The notes beneath the pieces were generated by a model that was given only the letters and a program-made list of their open reading frames with translations, ran no database searches and was not told the DNA's origin. A DNA stretch of 64,000 nucleotides from Phycisphaerales bacterium (GTDB taxonomy: Bacteria; Planctomycetota; Phycisphaerae; Sedimentisphaerales; Anaerobacaceae): assembly GCA_020352515.1 (NCBI GenBank), contig CP070678.1, positions 2,345,591-2,409,590 on the forward strand. The letters run 5' to 3'. Numbering within the stretch: position 1 is the first letter of the stretch; each line of letters opens with the position of its first letter. Shown here one piece after another: positions 18,521 to 30,700 of this stretch. The position numbers were made by a program, and so were the translations under genes.

Positions 18521-21500
18521 CTACTGATTCTTCGGCCCCAAACCCTCCAGCCAATGCTCGGAGAACTCCGCTAAATCGCAGATATCAATCCCGCCGTCCC
18601 TGTTGAGGTCGATTTCAGAGCACCAGTCATTGCCCGCACTACAACCTTCGGCCCTCCAGTACGAGGCAAGCATGGCAAAATCGGCCAGGTCCGTATCGCA
18701 GTCGACGTCGAGATCGCCCGCCAGGCAGTAGCCCGACAGGTCGCTTTCGATAAAGTACGCAGGCAAACCATCACCCCGTGAGATTCCTACAAGCCCGTCG
18801 TTGGCGGCGATGTCCAGGTAAGTAATCCTCAGCCTGCCGTCATGGAATATCTCGACTTGGAAGCTGTTGGTGTTGGATAAGCCGAATTCCGGCACGTTCT
18901 CAAACGTCACCGCAATCCTGTCGTCGAGCTCCTTCCAGGAAACGTTTCCGCCCGCCGACGGGTCCAGGTCGTCGAACAGGGCGGAGATCCGCGGCAGGTC
19001 AAAGTGACTTTCAAGGCTCTCAAGCTGGTGTGCGTCGCTGGATGCGAACGTGACATAACCGTTGCTTCCCACGTAGAGTGTCTTGTAGCTTTTGCCGTAG
19101 AAGTCAACCTGCACGCCGGAGAGGTCTATTTGCGCGTAATCGTCGTCCCTCAGCGGGATATCCGTTCCGCCCTCGGGATCAACAGCAAAGCCCGTCGCTT
19201 CGGTAACGCAGAGGCGGTAGTAGCTGCCGGAGCCGTCGGGCGTCAGGGTCAGCATACGATTGGCCATATCGTTGCGATTTGGATCGCCGGGGTCGAAAGG
19301 ATACTCGAACTCGAACAGCTCGGTGAAATTGTCGACATGCTCGACGACCATTGTCACCGGGATGATTATATGTGGGGTGTACGGGTCGTTCGTATAGACT
19401 ATAATCTGGCCCTTGTAAGTTCCGGGCGGAAGATTGGCGTCAAACACCACGGTGACATCGTTTGCCTCGCCCGGAGAGACCGAGCCCGCATCGGGCAGGA
19501 TGTCAATCCAGGCCGCCTCAGTTGCGAGAATGGCTTTGTGGAGGTTGAGCCGCCCGCCCGAGACACAGCGGCGGGCCAGGCTCGGCAGCGGGTCGACCGT
19601 CTGCATAATCAAATCCTTTACCTCCGTATGAGACAGTATCGGGCAGGCGGACCAAGCCAGCGCGCAGGCACCGCTGACGTGAGCGGCGGCCGTCGATGTG
19701 CCGTACGTCCAGTAGTAGCCCCCGTCTTTGTGGCAACTGCGGATTTGGTTGTCCGAATCGCCCCCGGGGGCCCCGAGGTCCACGGAGGTCGGGCCGTAGT
19801 TCGAGTGCTCCGAGAGCCGGTCGTCACGGTCAGTCGACATTACGGCAATGATGTTGTCCAGCTCATAGCCGGACGGGTAGTGCGGCTCCGCGTCGTTGTT
19901 CTTGCCCCAGCCGTTACCCGCCGAAGTAACAAAGAGAACTCCTGCATCCCCGGCGGCCCTTATGGCGTCTTCGATCGCGCCGTCGTAGCCGTCGCCTTCC
20001 CAGGAGTTGCTGATCACCTTTGCGCCCATAAGAGCGGCATACTGGACGGAGCTGATCAAATCGGAGGCATAGCCGCTGCCGCCTTTGGCGAGGGCCTTAA
20101 CCGCCATGATCCTGACATTCCAGCATACGCCGGCCAGCCCCTTGGCGTTGTTGCCCACTGCGCCGATGATTCCCGCGACGTGCGAGCCGTGCCCGTCGTC
20201 GTCTGTCGGGTCGCCGTCACGATTCGCAAAGTCGTAACCATAAATGTCATCGACATACCCGTTGCCGTCGTCGTCTATTCCCGGCGTTCCGGTGAACTCC
20301 GCCCGATTGACCCACATGTTGGCGGCCAGGTCCGTATGCCGGTAGTTGACTCCCGTATCAACGACCGCCACGATAACCTCGCCGTCGCCGCCGGTCGTTA
20401 TATCCCAAGCCTCCGGCGCATCAACGTCGGCGTCGACCGTTCCGCCCGTCTGGCCCGTGTTGTGCATGTTCCAGAGCTGGTCGAATAAGGGGTCGTCGGG
20501 AATAACCGACAGCGCCCGGAGCATGTAGTTCGGCTGAACGTAAAGCACGTCGTCGCAGTCGGCAAGCCTTCTTATCCCCTCCTCCACCGTCATTGCCTCG
20601 GGCAGCCGTATCAGGCACAATCCCGGAACGATTGAATACTGCCGTTCTATCGAAGCGCCGCCGAGGGCCCTCTCCAACACATCTGCGCCTGCCGCACCCG
20701 GCTCACCAGCATCGCCTTGAGCCGCAAAGCGCACAAGCAGTTCACCGGCGGCATAGGGTATATCGAGTCGCACGGTGGCTTGGGTCTCAGGCTCACCACT
20801 CAGGGCCAGAGGGCTGATCTGCGGATCGGCGCCTGCATCGGGCTCACCCTTCCGGGCCGGCGTGAAGCTCACCTGGCGGCTCTTGAGAACCAGTTCCAGA
20901 TCTCCGTCACCCGCGTTTCCGATGGTCAGCACGCGACTTTCAAACCGGCCGGATGGAATCGTCAGGTTAAAGGCTTGAGGCCTTACCCAGACCTTCGGCT
21001 TGGCCTGTACGTTCAAAACAGCAACGCGCTTGTGGGATACGCCGGTCGTGACGTTGGTGAAAATCAGCCGGGCGATATGGCTTCCCACCGGCACAGCATC
21101 CGCTTGAGGATTGGGAAAGACTACAACCGCCTCCGATTCGCCCGGTTCGAGGCTGCCGCTCGCCGGCTCGGCATCCAGCCAGGGAACATCCACCTCGATA
21201 GACCACTCGATGGCAACCGGGCCGCTGTTGCTCAGTTGATACGGCGCATTCGACGGGGAGAAGGGCCCTCCCGGATGCCCGGAGAACTCGAAATCGGTTT
21301 CGGGCGCAACCTCCAAGTAATCCGGTATTCCCCACCCGCTCAATTCCAGCTCCACCTCGGGCTCGTCGTCGTCGTTGCTTTTTATAACGACGCCGGCTTC
21401 GTATTCTTTCACCTCCGTCGGCTCAAACACCACATCGAAGGAAATATTCTCAAACGGCTGCAGAACGACCGGCAAATTTGGAAGGCCCCTGAATCTGAAC

Positions 21501-24238
21501 GCCGGCATCGGTATGGATACGTCATCCACGAACCAGTCGTCATACGCATTGTACGGGTGGGCCGTCCCTATGCTTCGTATCCGTAATCTGAAATTCTCGT
21601 GATACGCCGGGGACGGCAACTGGACGACCGAGTGCGCAAAACTCGACATGGACGAGCCGCCTCCAAGCTGTCGCTGCAGCTCCACCCAGTCCGCACCGCT
21701 CCAGTATTCGACAACCAGGTCGTCGTTGACGTCGGGCGGGTCGCCGGCGCCGCCTCTCTGCCACCAGTAGCTAAGCTCCAGTCCGCTGAGACCCGAAAGG
21801 TCCATCTCACGCGACTCCACCACGTCTCCGCCATCGGGAAGGCCGTTCAAACGCAGCGAATAAGGCATCGACGGCTCTCCCAATCCGACGTCGTCAATCG
21901 TGGGAGCCCCCCCGAGGCCCGTCCAGTTCTCCGGGTCCAGTATCGCGGTGCGGAATTCGTCGATGAAACCTTTGGATAGTTCCTGCACGGCCGACACATC
22001 GGAGACTATCAGATTGTTATCCGGACTGGTATTGCGAATCAGGATTTTCTCTGCTGAAGATTGTCCGACGATAAGCTCGCCGAACGGCATGTTCATGTCG
22101 TCCACCGGCGCAATGCCGTCGTTGACCTCGATCTCCGGCGGGATCGGTATTACCTGCAGCCTCACGACCCTGATCTCGCTGTGCCCCGTGGTCGTGTTTG
22201 TAAACGTGATTACATCATTGTAGTCACTTGGCGGCAGCGTGTTGGCCTCCGCGGTAATCGAGACCAAGGCGACCTGCGAATTACCACCGCCGGGGCCCCC
22301 GTGAGGCTCGAGGACGCCGCTGTTCGGCTCGACGCTGAGCCAGTTCTGCGTGGTGGCGGCCGTCCATTCAATAGGTTCGGGCCCGATATTTGTAAGGATG
22401 TAACTCCGGCTTGCCGGCGTGAAAGGCCCTCCCTTGTTGCCCCCGAAGTCCAGGCCCTGAGACGGGGAAACCCACAGATCATCCGTTAGGAAAGGCAGGT
22501 ACAATACGGCGTTGCCCACGATGCGGTCCTGGCTGGGATTGGACTCGAAGTAGTCGTGGCCGATGAGAACGACGTGCCCCCGTCCGATCATCTTGTGCAG
22601 GACGACGGGGCCGTAGTCGGGCCTTTCAACTATCGGGTCGCCGTCGATGGCGTAGTAGTAAGAGCTGTAACGACCGGCGCTATAAGTAGTGGAGACTCCC
22701 TGCACAATCGGGTTGTCGGGCGCCGCGACTTGAACGGTCCGGCGGCTGAAGTTCACGCTTGTGGTTATATTCATCAACCCCGCCCCAGTGAGAATCCCAT
22801 ACTTCTGGCCATAATCGCATTGTATTACGGCCCCCCCGGCCCCGACAAAGTCCTGCAGCGTGGCGGCCCAGACCCTGCCGATGTCGAACAACTGGGTCAG
22901 GTTCGCATTCTCCTGCTCCGGAATCAGCAGTATCTGGTGCCTCGGCAGCATCAAATCAAGCTCGTTGTAGTCGGTCAGGTCGGTAATTGCGAAGTTCGTT
23001 CCGGTAGAGTCAATGGCCTTAATCGTATTATCGTATTCACCGGCGGCGGACATATCCGCAAACTGTGTATACACCAGCACCCTTCTTATCCCGATCATCA
23101 GCCGCACGTAACGCTTCTGAACCGCCCCGCTCGTCAGATTCACGAAACTAACAGGGCCCGTATGGATGCCCTGGGGCAGGATATTGGCGTTGGCATTGAT
23201 GTACACGCTGACCGCCGTATCCGTGCCGGGCAGCAGGTTGCCCGTGTTCGGGCCGGCGTCCAGCCACGGCACGTTCGGCTCGACCGCCCAGTCAAGCGCG
23301 CCGGCGCCGGTGTTGCTCAGGGTATAGACCGTGCTCGGCGGGTCGAAGGGCCCGCCCTCGTTGCCTACCGGAATAAAGTCCTCCCACGGCGTGATTTGCA
23401 GGTCGTCCGGTGGAATCGGAGTCAGATTGACCAGGTACATGTATTCGCCTATCGACAGCCCCCTCAAGACCACGCTGCTGAGGTTTCCCGTCTCCAGCGC
23501 GGCGATGATGCCCCTGGCCTCTTCAATGGAGCTGTTGCGGCTGTATTCCTGAACGGCAAAGGTAAGAAAGGCAACTGTTTGCCCCGGATTAACGACCACG
23601 TTATCGTACCGCCAGGCGAGCCGATCCGCCCCGTAGGCCGTTCCATATAGCTCGATATAGTCGATCGGCTCGTCGGCTCCCGCAACGTACACAACATGCC
23701 CGAGCGAGGGGTCGCCCCCGCGATCAACTTCGTCGTCGGTCGAAACCCATTGGTCCGTCAGCTCCACGATATTGTCGTCGTCGTCGGTGCCGGTGACCTG
23801 CGTTGCCCCGTCGGAGCCCAGGTTGCTGAAATACTCGACGCTCACCACAATAGGTGAGGCCGTCGGATTGTAGAGCGAGTCATACCACCTGCCGAAGTTT
23901 CCCAAGGGTCCGTCCTTGGAAGCGGGCACATAGAGTTTTCGGGTAACGCGCAGCCCCCCGAGTGTTTCGGTGGTGCCGACGATATTGCGGCCGGAGATCG
24001 AAAGGCCGGTTGCGTTATAATTGACGCCGTTGATCCTCAGGTAGTACGCGTTGTCGTAGGCGTCCACCGACCCCTCTGCGATGCAGGTGCCGCCCCCGCT
24101 GATTACGTCATATCTGTAGCCGTCAGGGTCGTAGAGAATCTCGGAAACGGAGCCGTGGCATAGCGGCACCGATAGAGCGAGAAGCGTAAAGGCGGCTAAT
24201 GCAGAGACGATGTAACGTATGTGACTTTGAGATTCCAT
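18521..24238 (-). CDS. Giant secreted subtilisin-like serine protease (S8) with repeated Ig/BACON-like modules, an I9-like propeptide and C-terminal dockerin-like loops
   Basis: The ATG at 24238 (MESQSHIRYIVSALAAFTLLALSVPLCHG) follows AAGGAGG plus 6 nt. The track start at 24376 lacks this. Catalytic triad codons: Asp in VVDTG (20357-59), His in DDGHGSHVAG (20189-91), Ser in GTSTAAAH (19694-96). The tail reads DLDVDCDTDLADFAMLASYW...DLNRDGGIDICDLAEFSEHWLEG. Confidence 0.85.
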   Translation of the reverse strand: MESQSHIRYIVSALAAFTLLALSVPLCHGSVSEILYDPDGYRYDVISGGGTCIAEGSVDAYDNAYYLRINGVNYNATGLSISGRNIVGTTETLGGLRVTRKLYVPASKDGPLGNFGRWYDSLYNPTASPIVVSVEYFSNLGSDGATQVTGTDDDDNIVELTDQWVSTDDEVDRGGDPSLGHVVYVAGADEPIDYIELYGTAYGADRLAWRYDNVVVNPGQTVAFLTFAVQEYSRNSSIEEARGIIAALETGNLSSVVLRGLSIGEYMYLVNLTPIPPDDLQITPWEDFIPVGNEGGPFDPPSTVYTLSNTGAGALDWAVEPNVPWLDAGPNTGNLLPGTDTAVSVYINANANILPQGIHTGPVSFVNLTSGAVQKRYVRLMIGIRRVLVYTQFADMSAAGEYDNTIKAIDSTGTNFAITDLTDYNELDLMLPRHQILLIPEQENANLTQLFDIGRVWAATLQDFVGAGGAVIQCDYGQKYGILTGAGLMNITTSVNFSRRTVQVAAPDNPIVQGVSTTYSAGRYSSYYYAIDGDPIVERPDYGPVVLHKMIGRGHVVLIGHDYFESNPSQDRIVGNAVLYLPFLTDDLWVSPSQGLDFGGNKGGPFTPASRSYILTNIGPEPIEWTAATTQNWLSVEPNSGVLEPHGGPGGGNSQVALVSITAEANTLPPSDYNDVITFTNTTTGHSEIRVVRLQVIPIPPEIEVNDGIAPVDDMNMPFGELIVGQSSAEKILIRNTSPDNNLIVSDVSAVQELSKGFIDEFRTAILDPENWTGLGGAPTIDDVGLGEPSMPYSLRLNGLPDGGDVVESREMDLSGLSGLELSYWWQRGGAGDPPDVNDDLVVEYWSGADWVELQRQLGGGSSMSSFAHSVVQLPSPAYHENFRLRIRSIGTAHPYNAYDDWFVDDVSIPMPAFRFRGLPNLPVVLQPFENISFDVVFEPTEVKEYEAGVVIKSNDDDEPEVELELSGWGIPDYLEVAPETDFEFSGHPGGPFSPSNAPYQLSNSGPVAIEWSIEVDVPWLDAEPASGSLEPGESEAVVVFPNPQADAVPVGSHIARLIFTNVTTGVSHKRVAVLNVQAKPKVWVRPQAFNLTIPSGRFESRVLTIGNAGDGDLELVLKSRQVSFTPARKGEPDAGADPQISPLALSGEPETQATVRLDIPYAAGELLVRFAAQGDAGEPGAAGADVLERALGGASIERQYSIVPGLCLIRLPEAMTVEEGIRRLADCDDVLYVQPNYMLRALSVIPDDPLFDQLWNMHNTGQTGGTVDADVDAPEAWDITTGGDGEVIVAVVDTGVNYRHTDLAANMWVNRAEFTGTPGIDDDGNGYVDDIYGYDFANRDGDPTDDDGHGSHVAGIIGAVGNNAKGLAGVCWNVRIMAVKALAKGGSGYASDLISSVQYAALMGAKVISNSWEGDGYDGAIEDAIRAAGDAGVLFVTSAGNGWGKNNDAEPHYPSGYELDNIIAVMSTDRDDRLSEHSNYGPTSVDLGAPGGDSDNQIRSCHKDGGYYWTYGTSTAAAHVSGACALAWSACPILSHTEVKDLIMQTVDPLPSLARRCVSGGRLNLHKAILATEAAWIDILPDAGSVSPGEANDVTVVFDANLPPGTYKGQIIVYTNDPYTPHIIIPVTMVVEHVDNFTELFEFEYPFDPGDPNRNDMANRMLTLTPDGSGSYYRLCVTEATGFAVDPEGGTDIPLRDDDYAQIDLSGVQVDFYGKSYKTLYVGSNGYVTFASSDAHQLESLESHFDLPRISALFDDLDPSAGGNVSWKELDDRIAVTFENVPEFGLSNTNSFQVEIFHDGRLRITYLDIAANDGLVGISRGDGLPAYFIESDLSGYCLAGDLDVDCDTDLADFAMLASYWRAEGCSAGNDWCSEIDLNRDGGIDICDLAEFSEHWLEGLGPKNQ

Positions 24239-24797
24239 GGCTGACCTCCTTAAATTGCCCCACAGCACGATACACACCAAACAAGGGATGCAACTAATTT
24301 GCCGAAAGCTCTTGCCGGCAGACCCCACTACCATAGGTGGGATTGTCCACGATAGAGCAGTCCAGCTAAAACACACAAGCGCCGGGCAGATTCCCTCTTG
24401 GCGGGAACTGCTCGTTCATGTGGCTGAATTTCAGACCACACATCGTATATTAAAAGAGCGCGGCTTATTTTGGCGGCCGCCGTATCACCCGGCCAGAGCG
24501 GAAAGAGCGTTTCGCAGTTATTGCCGGACGGATGACATCAAAAGCAGATTTCCCACGGTCCTGTTATGCGTGAGGCCGGACTTCAGCGAAATGGTTGCCG
24601 TCAACCGAAATTCTTCCCTCTTGCCGTCGTTGCGTCCGCGTACCCAAAATGCCTATTGCAATCCGGACGGGCTCTCTTGGCCGGTCCGGTCTAATAAGCG
24701 CTGCTCTCCATTTTTAGTTGCTATAACGGCGATGCGCCGCATCCGTCCAAGGTAACAGCTTTTTTTTGGAATTCTCCGAAAATGCCACAGTACCGGT

Positions 24798-27700
24798 TCA
24801 CCAGCCCGGCGAAGGAACGGCCCCCCGCCAGTTGGTCGGGTCCTGGCCGTAAGAATTCGGGTCCATCCGCGATAACGACATCCCGCCGCCGTCGGCCGCG
24901 GCAGTATGCCGCCAGGGGTCTACAGCAAAAGGCGGCAGGTCAAAATCCTCGGGGTGCGAGCCATCACTGTAGCGGACCTGCTCGATGCGGATGTAATGAC
25001 GCACGCCGAAGCTGTCGACATCTCCGGGCCTGGAAAGCTCCAGTTTCTCGCCGGAATTGCTCAGCCTGCCGCTGTACGGGCCGAGCAGCGCAACCCCGGA
25101 AGGCGGGGGACCGTACTTATCCTGGTAGGCGTTTGCGTCTTTGACGACCAGCGCGTAGCCGCCGCCGGGAATTGTCAGCCCGGGGTAATCCGGGAAGGTG
25201 TAGTCGATTCCATCGGTGAACTTCCAGCTCAGGGCCTCATTTGAGTCGTACAGTGTTAGGTCCGCCGCGCCGCAGTTGTGCAGCTCGACAAACTCCTGCT
25301 TCTGGTCGCCCGAGACGGGGTTGTACATAATCTCGCTGATGACTATCGGCCCGACTTTCAGCCCGGCATTGCCCCGGCCGGCGGTGGCGGCGCTCGCGGC
25401 AGTGAAGTCAACGCCGCCGGTCTGTTCGTTGAAGTGTCTTGCGAACGATACGCCCGCCTGCGAGGCCCCGAAGGATTCGTACTCGCGATAGCCCATCAGA
25501 ACGCCGTCGCGGCCGGCCGTCAGGCACACCGCATCGCCGTGCTCGCTGAGAGCGAAGGGGACAAGGCGGCCGGGGTCTGCGCTGAATTCACCGAAATTGG
25601 CGTCCTCGTAGAACACCCTGTAACCGTAAGCGCCGATCACCGTGCCCTCGGCGATCTCATACTTTGCCGGCTCAAAATCACTGTCACTCAGGAACCAGCC
25701 GCCGAGGTCGATCTCGAAGCCGGCGGTGTTGTACAGCTCGATCCAGTCGGGAGCAGTTCCGTGCGAGTGCGCGAGCACTTCGTTGATAACCACCGCGCCG
25801 GGGTCGGGGACAAGGCCGGCGTCATCGGCGCCCGGTGAGCCGCCGGCGAACGCGCTCGGGCACCACGAGTCTTTCAGGCCCCAACTGTTCGGGTCGCGGT
25901 TCGCCGGATCAATGATGGTCAGCGAGAACCCCGCACCGTCGGTCAGGGGGCGCCAGTTGTCGTCGTACTTGAAGTCGAGAATCGTCCGGCCAACCGCGTC
26001 TTCCAGCCGAATTCGCTCGCCGGCATTGTCCAGGCTGCCAGAGTACTCTCCGGCTATCAGAGGGGACGAACCGGGATGCTCGGCCTCAAAGGCCGAGCGA
26101 TTCTTGACGACCACGACGCGGCGGCCGCCCTGGAGGTCAATCGGCGGGAAGGTAAAATCAATGCCCTTCGTGAAACGAACCAGATTGAGGTTTATCGTTT
26201 GCGCGCCGACATTCGTCAGTTCGATGAACTCCTCGTTCGGATCGTTCGGATCGCCGGTGTTCAGCGGATGATACATAATCTCGGTAATCCGCAGCTTCTC
26301 GGCCAGAGGGCCTATCGCGTATATGTCCTCGGTTAGCGCGCTCCAGGTTTTGCCGTGCAGAACCCGGGCCTTAACGTTGGTGCTTTTATCGAGCACCAGA
26401 TATGAATCGTAGACGAGGGCGTGCGGGCTGATGTCACCATGGGGGGCCTCGGCGGCAACCAGCTCGGCGGAGATAAGAAAGTCAGGGCTTGCGGTGGAGA
26501 TATTCATGGCATGGAAGGCGAGGGTATTGTTGCCTTCCCTGAGCAGCTTGATGTGATCGGAGATATCTATGGGCTCAAGGGCGACGGCCAGGGCGTCGTC
26601 GTGCTGGTTGGGGTACGTGGACGAACTCCACTTGGGCTCTGCGCCTTCGGGGAAGATTCGTCTGGCAACTTCGGCGCCGTTCAGGTAGGCAATAAAGCCG
26701 GCGTCATAGCGCACCTTCAGCATCAGGCTGCTGTATTCGACGACCGCGCAGGCAAACGGAATTCGCACGTAACAGGACGTATTGGCGTTGGGGTTTCCGC
26801 CGTCGTCATACATCAGCCCCCTGACGTCTGTATCGAACAGGCCCACATAGTTCTGGTCACCGGCCGGTTCCGTTTCATAGCCGATACCGCCGGTCCCCGC
26901 GGACCAGCCCGAGTGGTCGAACAGGCTGGCAAACCATACCTTCTGCTCGCCCACCTGAAGCCCGCCGCCGGCCATATCGCCGACCAGACGAAAGTCCGGG
27001 CCGAATGTAGTGTGAATTCCCTGCGCGGCAAAAACCTCCACCCCGGACCAGCCGCCGCGCTCGAAGAATACAAGCCGCAGATTGTATGCGCCGGGCGCCG
27101 TAACGTCGAAAACGGAAAGCGAATCGTCAGCGCTGCGCGGCGAGGGATAATCCATGTAGAATGAACCAGGCCCGCCTAATTCGAGGCTAAAACCCGCGTC
27201 GCTGTGGACCCCGAAGGTCCACTTGCCGGCGCGGGGTATCTGTACTACGGCGGTGGCCTCAATAACGTAATCGTCCAGGTCGCCGCTGCCGCCGGCGACG
27301 GGGTTGTCGTAGGGAAAGTGGCCGGGACAATTGGTGTTGTTGTAGTTGATTACCGCCGTTCTCTCGCCTATTACCCGGCTCTGGTAGGAGGGGTTGGCGA
27401 TAACCGATTCGGCCGCGGCAATACTCCCAACGGTGATATTGGCCTGGTAATACGTAACGTCGAACTCGCCCGGTGCATTGCCGAGCAGGTTGCCGCCGTT
27501 GGCTGGCGACGGGACAAGATACCGCTTGGCGGCATCCTCGGCGACAAAGGTAACGAGCGCGCCCGGCGCCGATTGCGCCACCGGCACACGAGGATCAATT
27601 CCGTCAAGTGTGTAATAGATTGTACCGAAGCCGTTTGGGTTATCGACGAATATGTACTCATCCAGGGCGGCGAACACGGGCGGCTTGACGCTCGGATACC

Positions 27701-30700
27701 AGCCCACGTCGCTAAACTGCCGGAGAACGGTCTCCACCCGGGGCGTCAGGTAGGTCTTCCGGCCCCACGGGTCGAATGTCTCATACAGCAGGCGGTCGAT
27801 TTCGGGCCACCAGTGGTCGTCTTTGGTGTGTGCCCAGAAGGAATGCTTGGCATCGCCCCACCGTGCCGATTCGGCAACAATCGCCTTCTCGATTTGATAG
27901 GCCCTCTCCAGGATGCGGCTGCGGGACCTCTCAACGCTCAGCAGGCCGCCGTTATGGAAGTGACGGTGGACGCGGTCGGCGAACTTCATGCGATAATCCG
28001 CATTGGAGAACATGAGCTGCTCGTGCAGCCAGTGCGGGTTGAAGTAATCCCTGCTTGCGCCCGCCGAGGTGAAGGGCTCGACGAGATTCTCTACAGAGCC
28101 GCCCTTGCCCCCGGCGCCGAGGGTCTGCTCGTTATCGTGATGGAGCCACTTCCAGCCGTCCGGATTGACCCTGTTGAAAACGCCCCAGGTATTGTCCGGT
28201 ATGCCGCCGAAGCGCGAGCCGGGGCCGTCCGAGTCGCCGGTGTAGTATTCGATTATCATAAAATCAATCAGGTTCTCCACGTCAAGCAATCTCTCGTATG
28301 CGTCGTTGCGCGTGCCGTCGATGTTCAGCCCCTGCACGCGGCAGTAGCTCTCATAATCGCCGAAGCCGGCTATCGTCTGGTCGTAGAGCCGGTCGAGAGG
28401 CGCGCGGCTGCCGTCCGTGGGGACCATTCGCCGGCCCGCCGCCGCACTCGATGTCACGACGTCGTAGTCTTCCTTGTCACCGCCCATATACGAGCGGGCC
28501 CAAGAGGCCTCCGAGCGCTCCTGGGTCTGGTAAAGACCCCAGTAATGTCCGTTGATATAGAGATGATAGTATCTGCTCCGCGTGTAGGGTTGGTCCATCT
28601 GCCCCTGCAAATCGCGTGAGAAGACCTCGCGGACCATCGTGTTCTTGTTGTCGCCCTCGAAGGCCCAGGAGAAGTTCTGGCTGCACCGAAGGTCCACGTG
28701 GTCGAACACATCATCGCCTTCGTCGCCGAAGAGCGGGTATCTGAGCGTGGCGTCGCCGTAGGCCGAGCGGAAGAAGAGCCGGAACGCATGCTTCGGGTCG
28801 TCGCCGCTACAGCTAAAGCCCCCGCGAATTCGAATACCCGAATCGATCTGAAAACCGCCGCGCATCTCGGCGGGCAGAGCCAGGCGCCACAGGCCGTTTG
28901 CGTCGCGCACCGGCACAATATCCGGGAATCCGGGCCCCTGCGGGTTCGGAGGATAGATCAGCTCCACCGAGCAGGGCCTCTCCCACGCCCGGCCATTGTT
29001 GCAGGCGTTGACGTAGATGCCCTCGGACGGATGAAATAGGTTATCCAGGTCGGTCACGAGCGAGATCGTGGCAACGGCCTCAAGCGCATCTACCACGGCC
29101 TGGCCCGAGTACCGCGCGTCGTCGAGCACCACTTTGCGGTCCATGCCGTAATCCATGAGCTGGCCGTTGAAATAACCCGGCGCGGGCCAGCCGGCCCCAG
29201 GCGCCTCGCCGTCCAGCGACTGCTTTATCACATCAGCGCAGAATATGTAGCTGTGCGTCTCGACCCTGGAGCCCAGCCAGCCCGGCCTGACCGCAGCCGC
29301 CCGGATAACCGTTGTGCCATCAATCGGAAGCGGAAAACCGGGCACGTACTCGATCCCGTGTGTTTGCGTGGGTCTTGAGCCGTCCGTTGTGTACATAATC
29401 CTCACATCGGGATCGGTCATCTCCGTGGACAAGGTTAGCTCGAATGAGCTTTCGTAGAAACCCCGCTTATGACTGAACCAGACCTCGCTGACCCGGCCCC
29501 CGGCGCCGGCAATATTCGGCCTGCGCGGCGTCGCCGAAGTGAAATATTGCGGAACCTCCTCGTTCTTGGCAACCGTCAATTCGGGCAGTATCAAAAACTG
29601 CTCATCGGACACGCTATCATTCATCGCCTGCACGGCCAGCACGTTCTTCTGCGGCATGGGTCTGAGCAGATCCAGAAACTCGTTTAAGCTGACGGTCTCG
29701 AATTCAGAAGATAGCTCATCGGCGCGGTTTTCATCGGCGGTCGAATTCCACGTCGGCGTCCCGGTGAAATTCTTCCTGGCCACCTCGGCACCGTTGAGAT
29801 AGGCCACGTAGGCGTCCTCGTATCTTACGCTCAGTGTCATGGCGTCGTAGAAATCCGGGTCCTCGACGTGGAAATCGATGCGCGTCCACAGTGACGCATT
29901 AGCGCCGGACATCAGGTCGCGGAGCCGGCTGCCGATTTCGCCCGCACGCTCAACGTCATCGAACACCGCCGTGCACAGCGTGCCGTCCGCACAGGATGTC
30001 ACGCACAGACCGATGTAGACGCTGCCGGCCATGGGGATATTCGCGGCGCCCTGCTCTATCCAGTCGGCAGGCCAGGGGACGCCGCCTTTGTCCGGGGCGT
30101 AGTAACCGCTAAAGTCATCTCCCAGACGCACAATCCTCACCCAGCAGGGCAAAGTGACATCTGCTGCCTCGATGCGATTGTCGCGGTCGCCTCCGTTGAC
30201 CCACTGGAAGGCATAAGTATCGTGGCCCGCCGGCGTCGTCAGGACCATCGCCGCGTGCGAGGAGGTATCCGTGAGGTCCTCGCGAATCATCACACCGGCC
30301 TTCGCGTTGTCGTCGGTGTGCTCAATGCTCATGATTCTTGCGGTTATCTGGCCGTTGCCGCTGAGCGGCGTATATACATAATAGAAATCGTCCCCGGGCG
30401 TCGAAGGGCCGGTCCATATATCCTCCCCGTCGCCCTGAACGACGTAGAGGTCATTGATAACCAGCCACGAGCCTGGAGCGGCCGGGCTGCCGATATCCCG
30501 CCCGATCTCTTCTGCGCCGGCTTCGAAATCCAACGGCGACCGCCCCGGCTCCCACGGCGAATCGTTGAAATCGGGATTCGTCCAATCCAGATGCGCCTCT
30601 TGCGGACCCGGCACATGATAGCGGACATCGGCACCCGCGGGCACAAGCATCTCGACGTACTGCGCCAAGCCGTAGGAAACATCCGACAACTGCTCCGGGT

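Noticed and set aside
18530-18730. Reading the dockerin-like loops as evidence of a cellulosome
   Set aside because: No cohesin or scaffoldin gene is visible. Most tags are single loops rather than the duplicated 22-residue pair, and the carriers are not cellulases. I kept only the neutral reading of a shared calcium-loop tag.
19004-20488. A 494-aa plus-strand ORF inside the subtilase gene. The same situation applies to 20717-21586 and 22556-23650.
   Set aside because: It is antisense to the S8 catalytic domain, whose triad motifs are unambiguous. It has no motifs and a biased Arg/Val/Gly composition.
24237-24755. A 172-aa plus-strand ORF filling the leader between the CotH and subtilase genes
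   Set aside because: It begins on the antisense of the subtilase RBS. It has no RBS of its own and no recognisable motif, and it has an irregular composition. I treated the region as a non-coding leader.
27204-28619. A 471-aa plus-strand ORF inside the 2259-aa CotH gene. The same applies to 26421-27164 and 30222-31280.
   Set aside because: It is antisense to well-supported CotH and lamin-tail coding sequence and has no independent signal.
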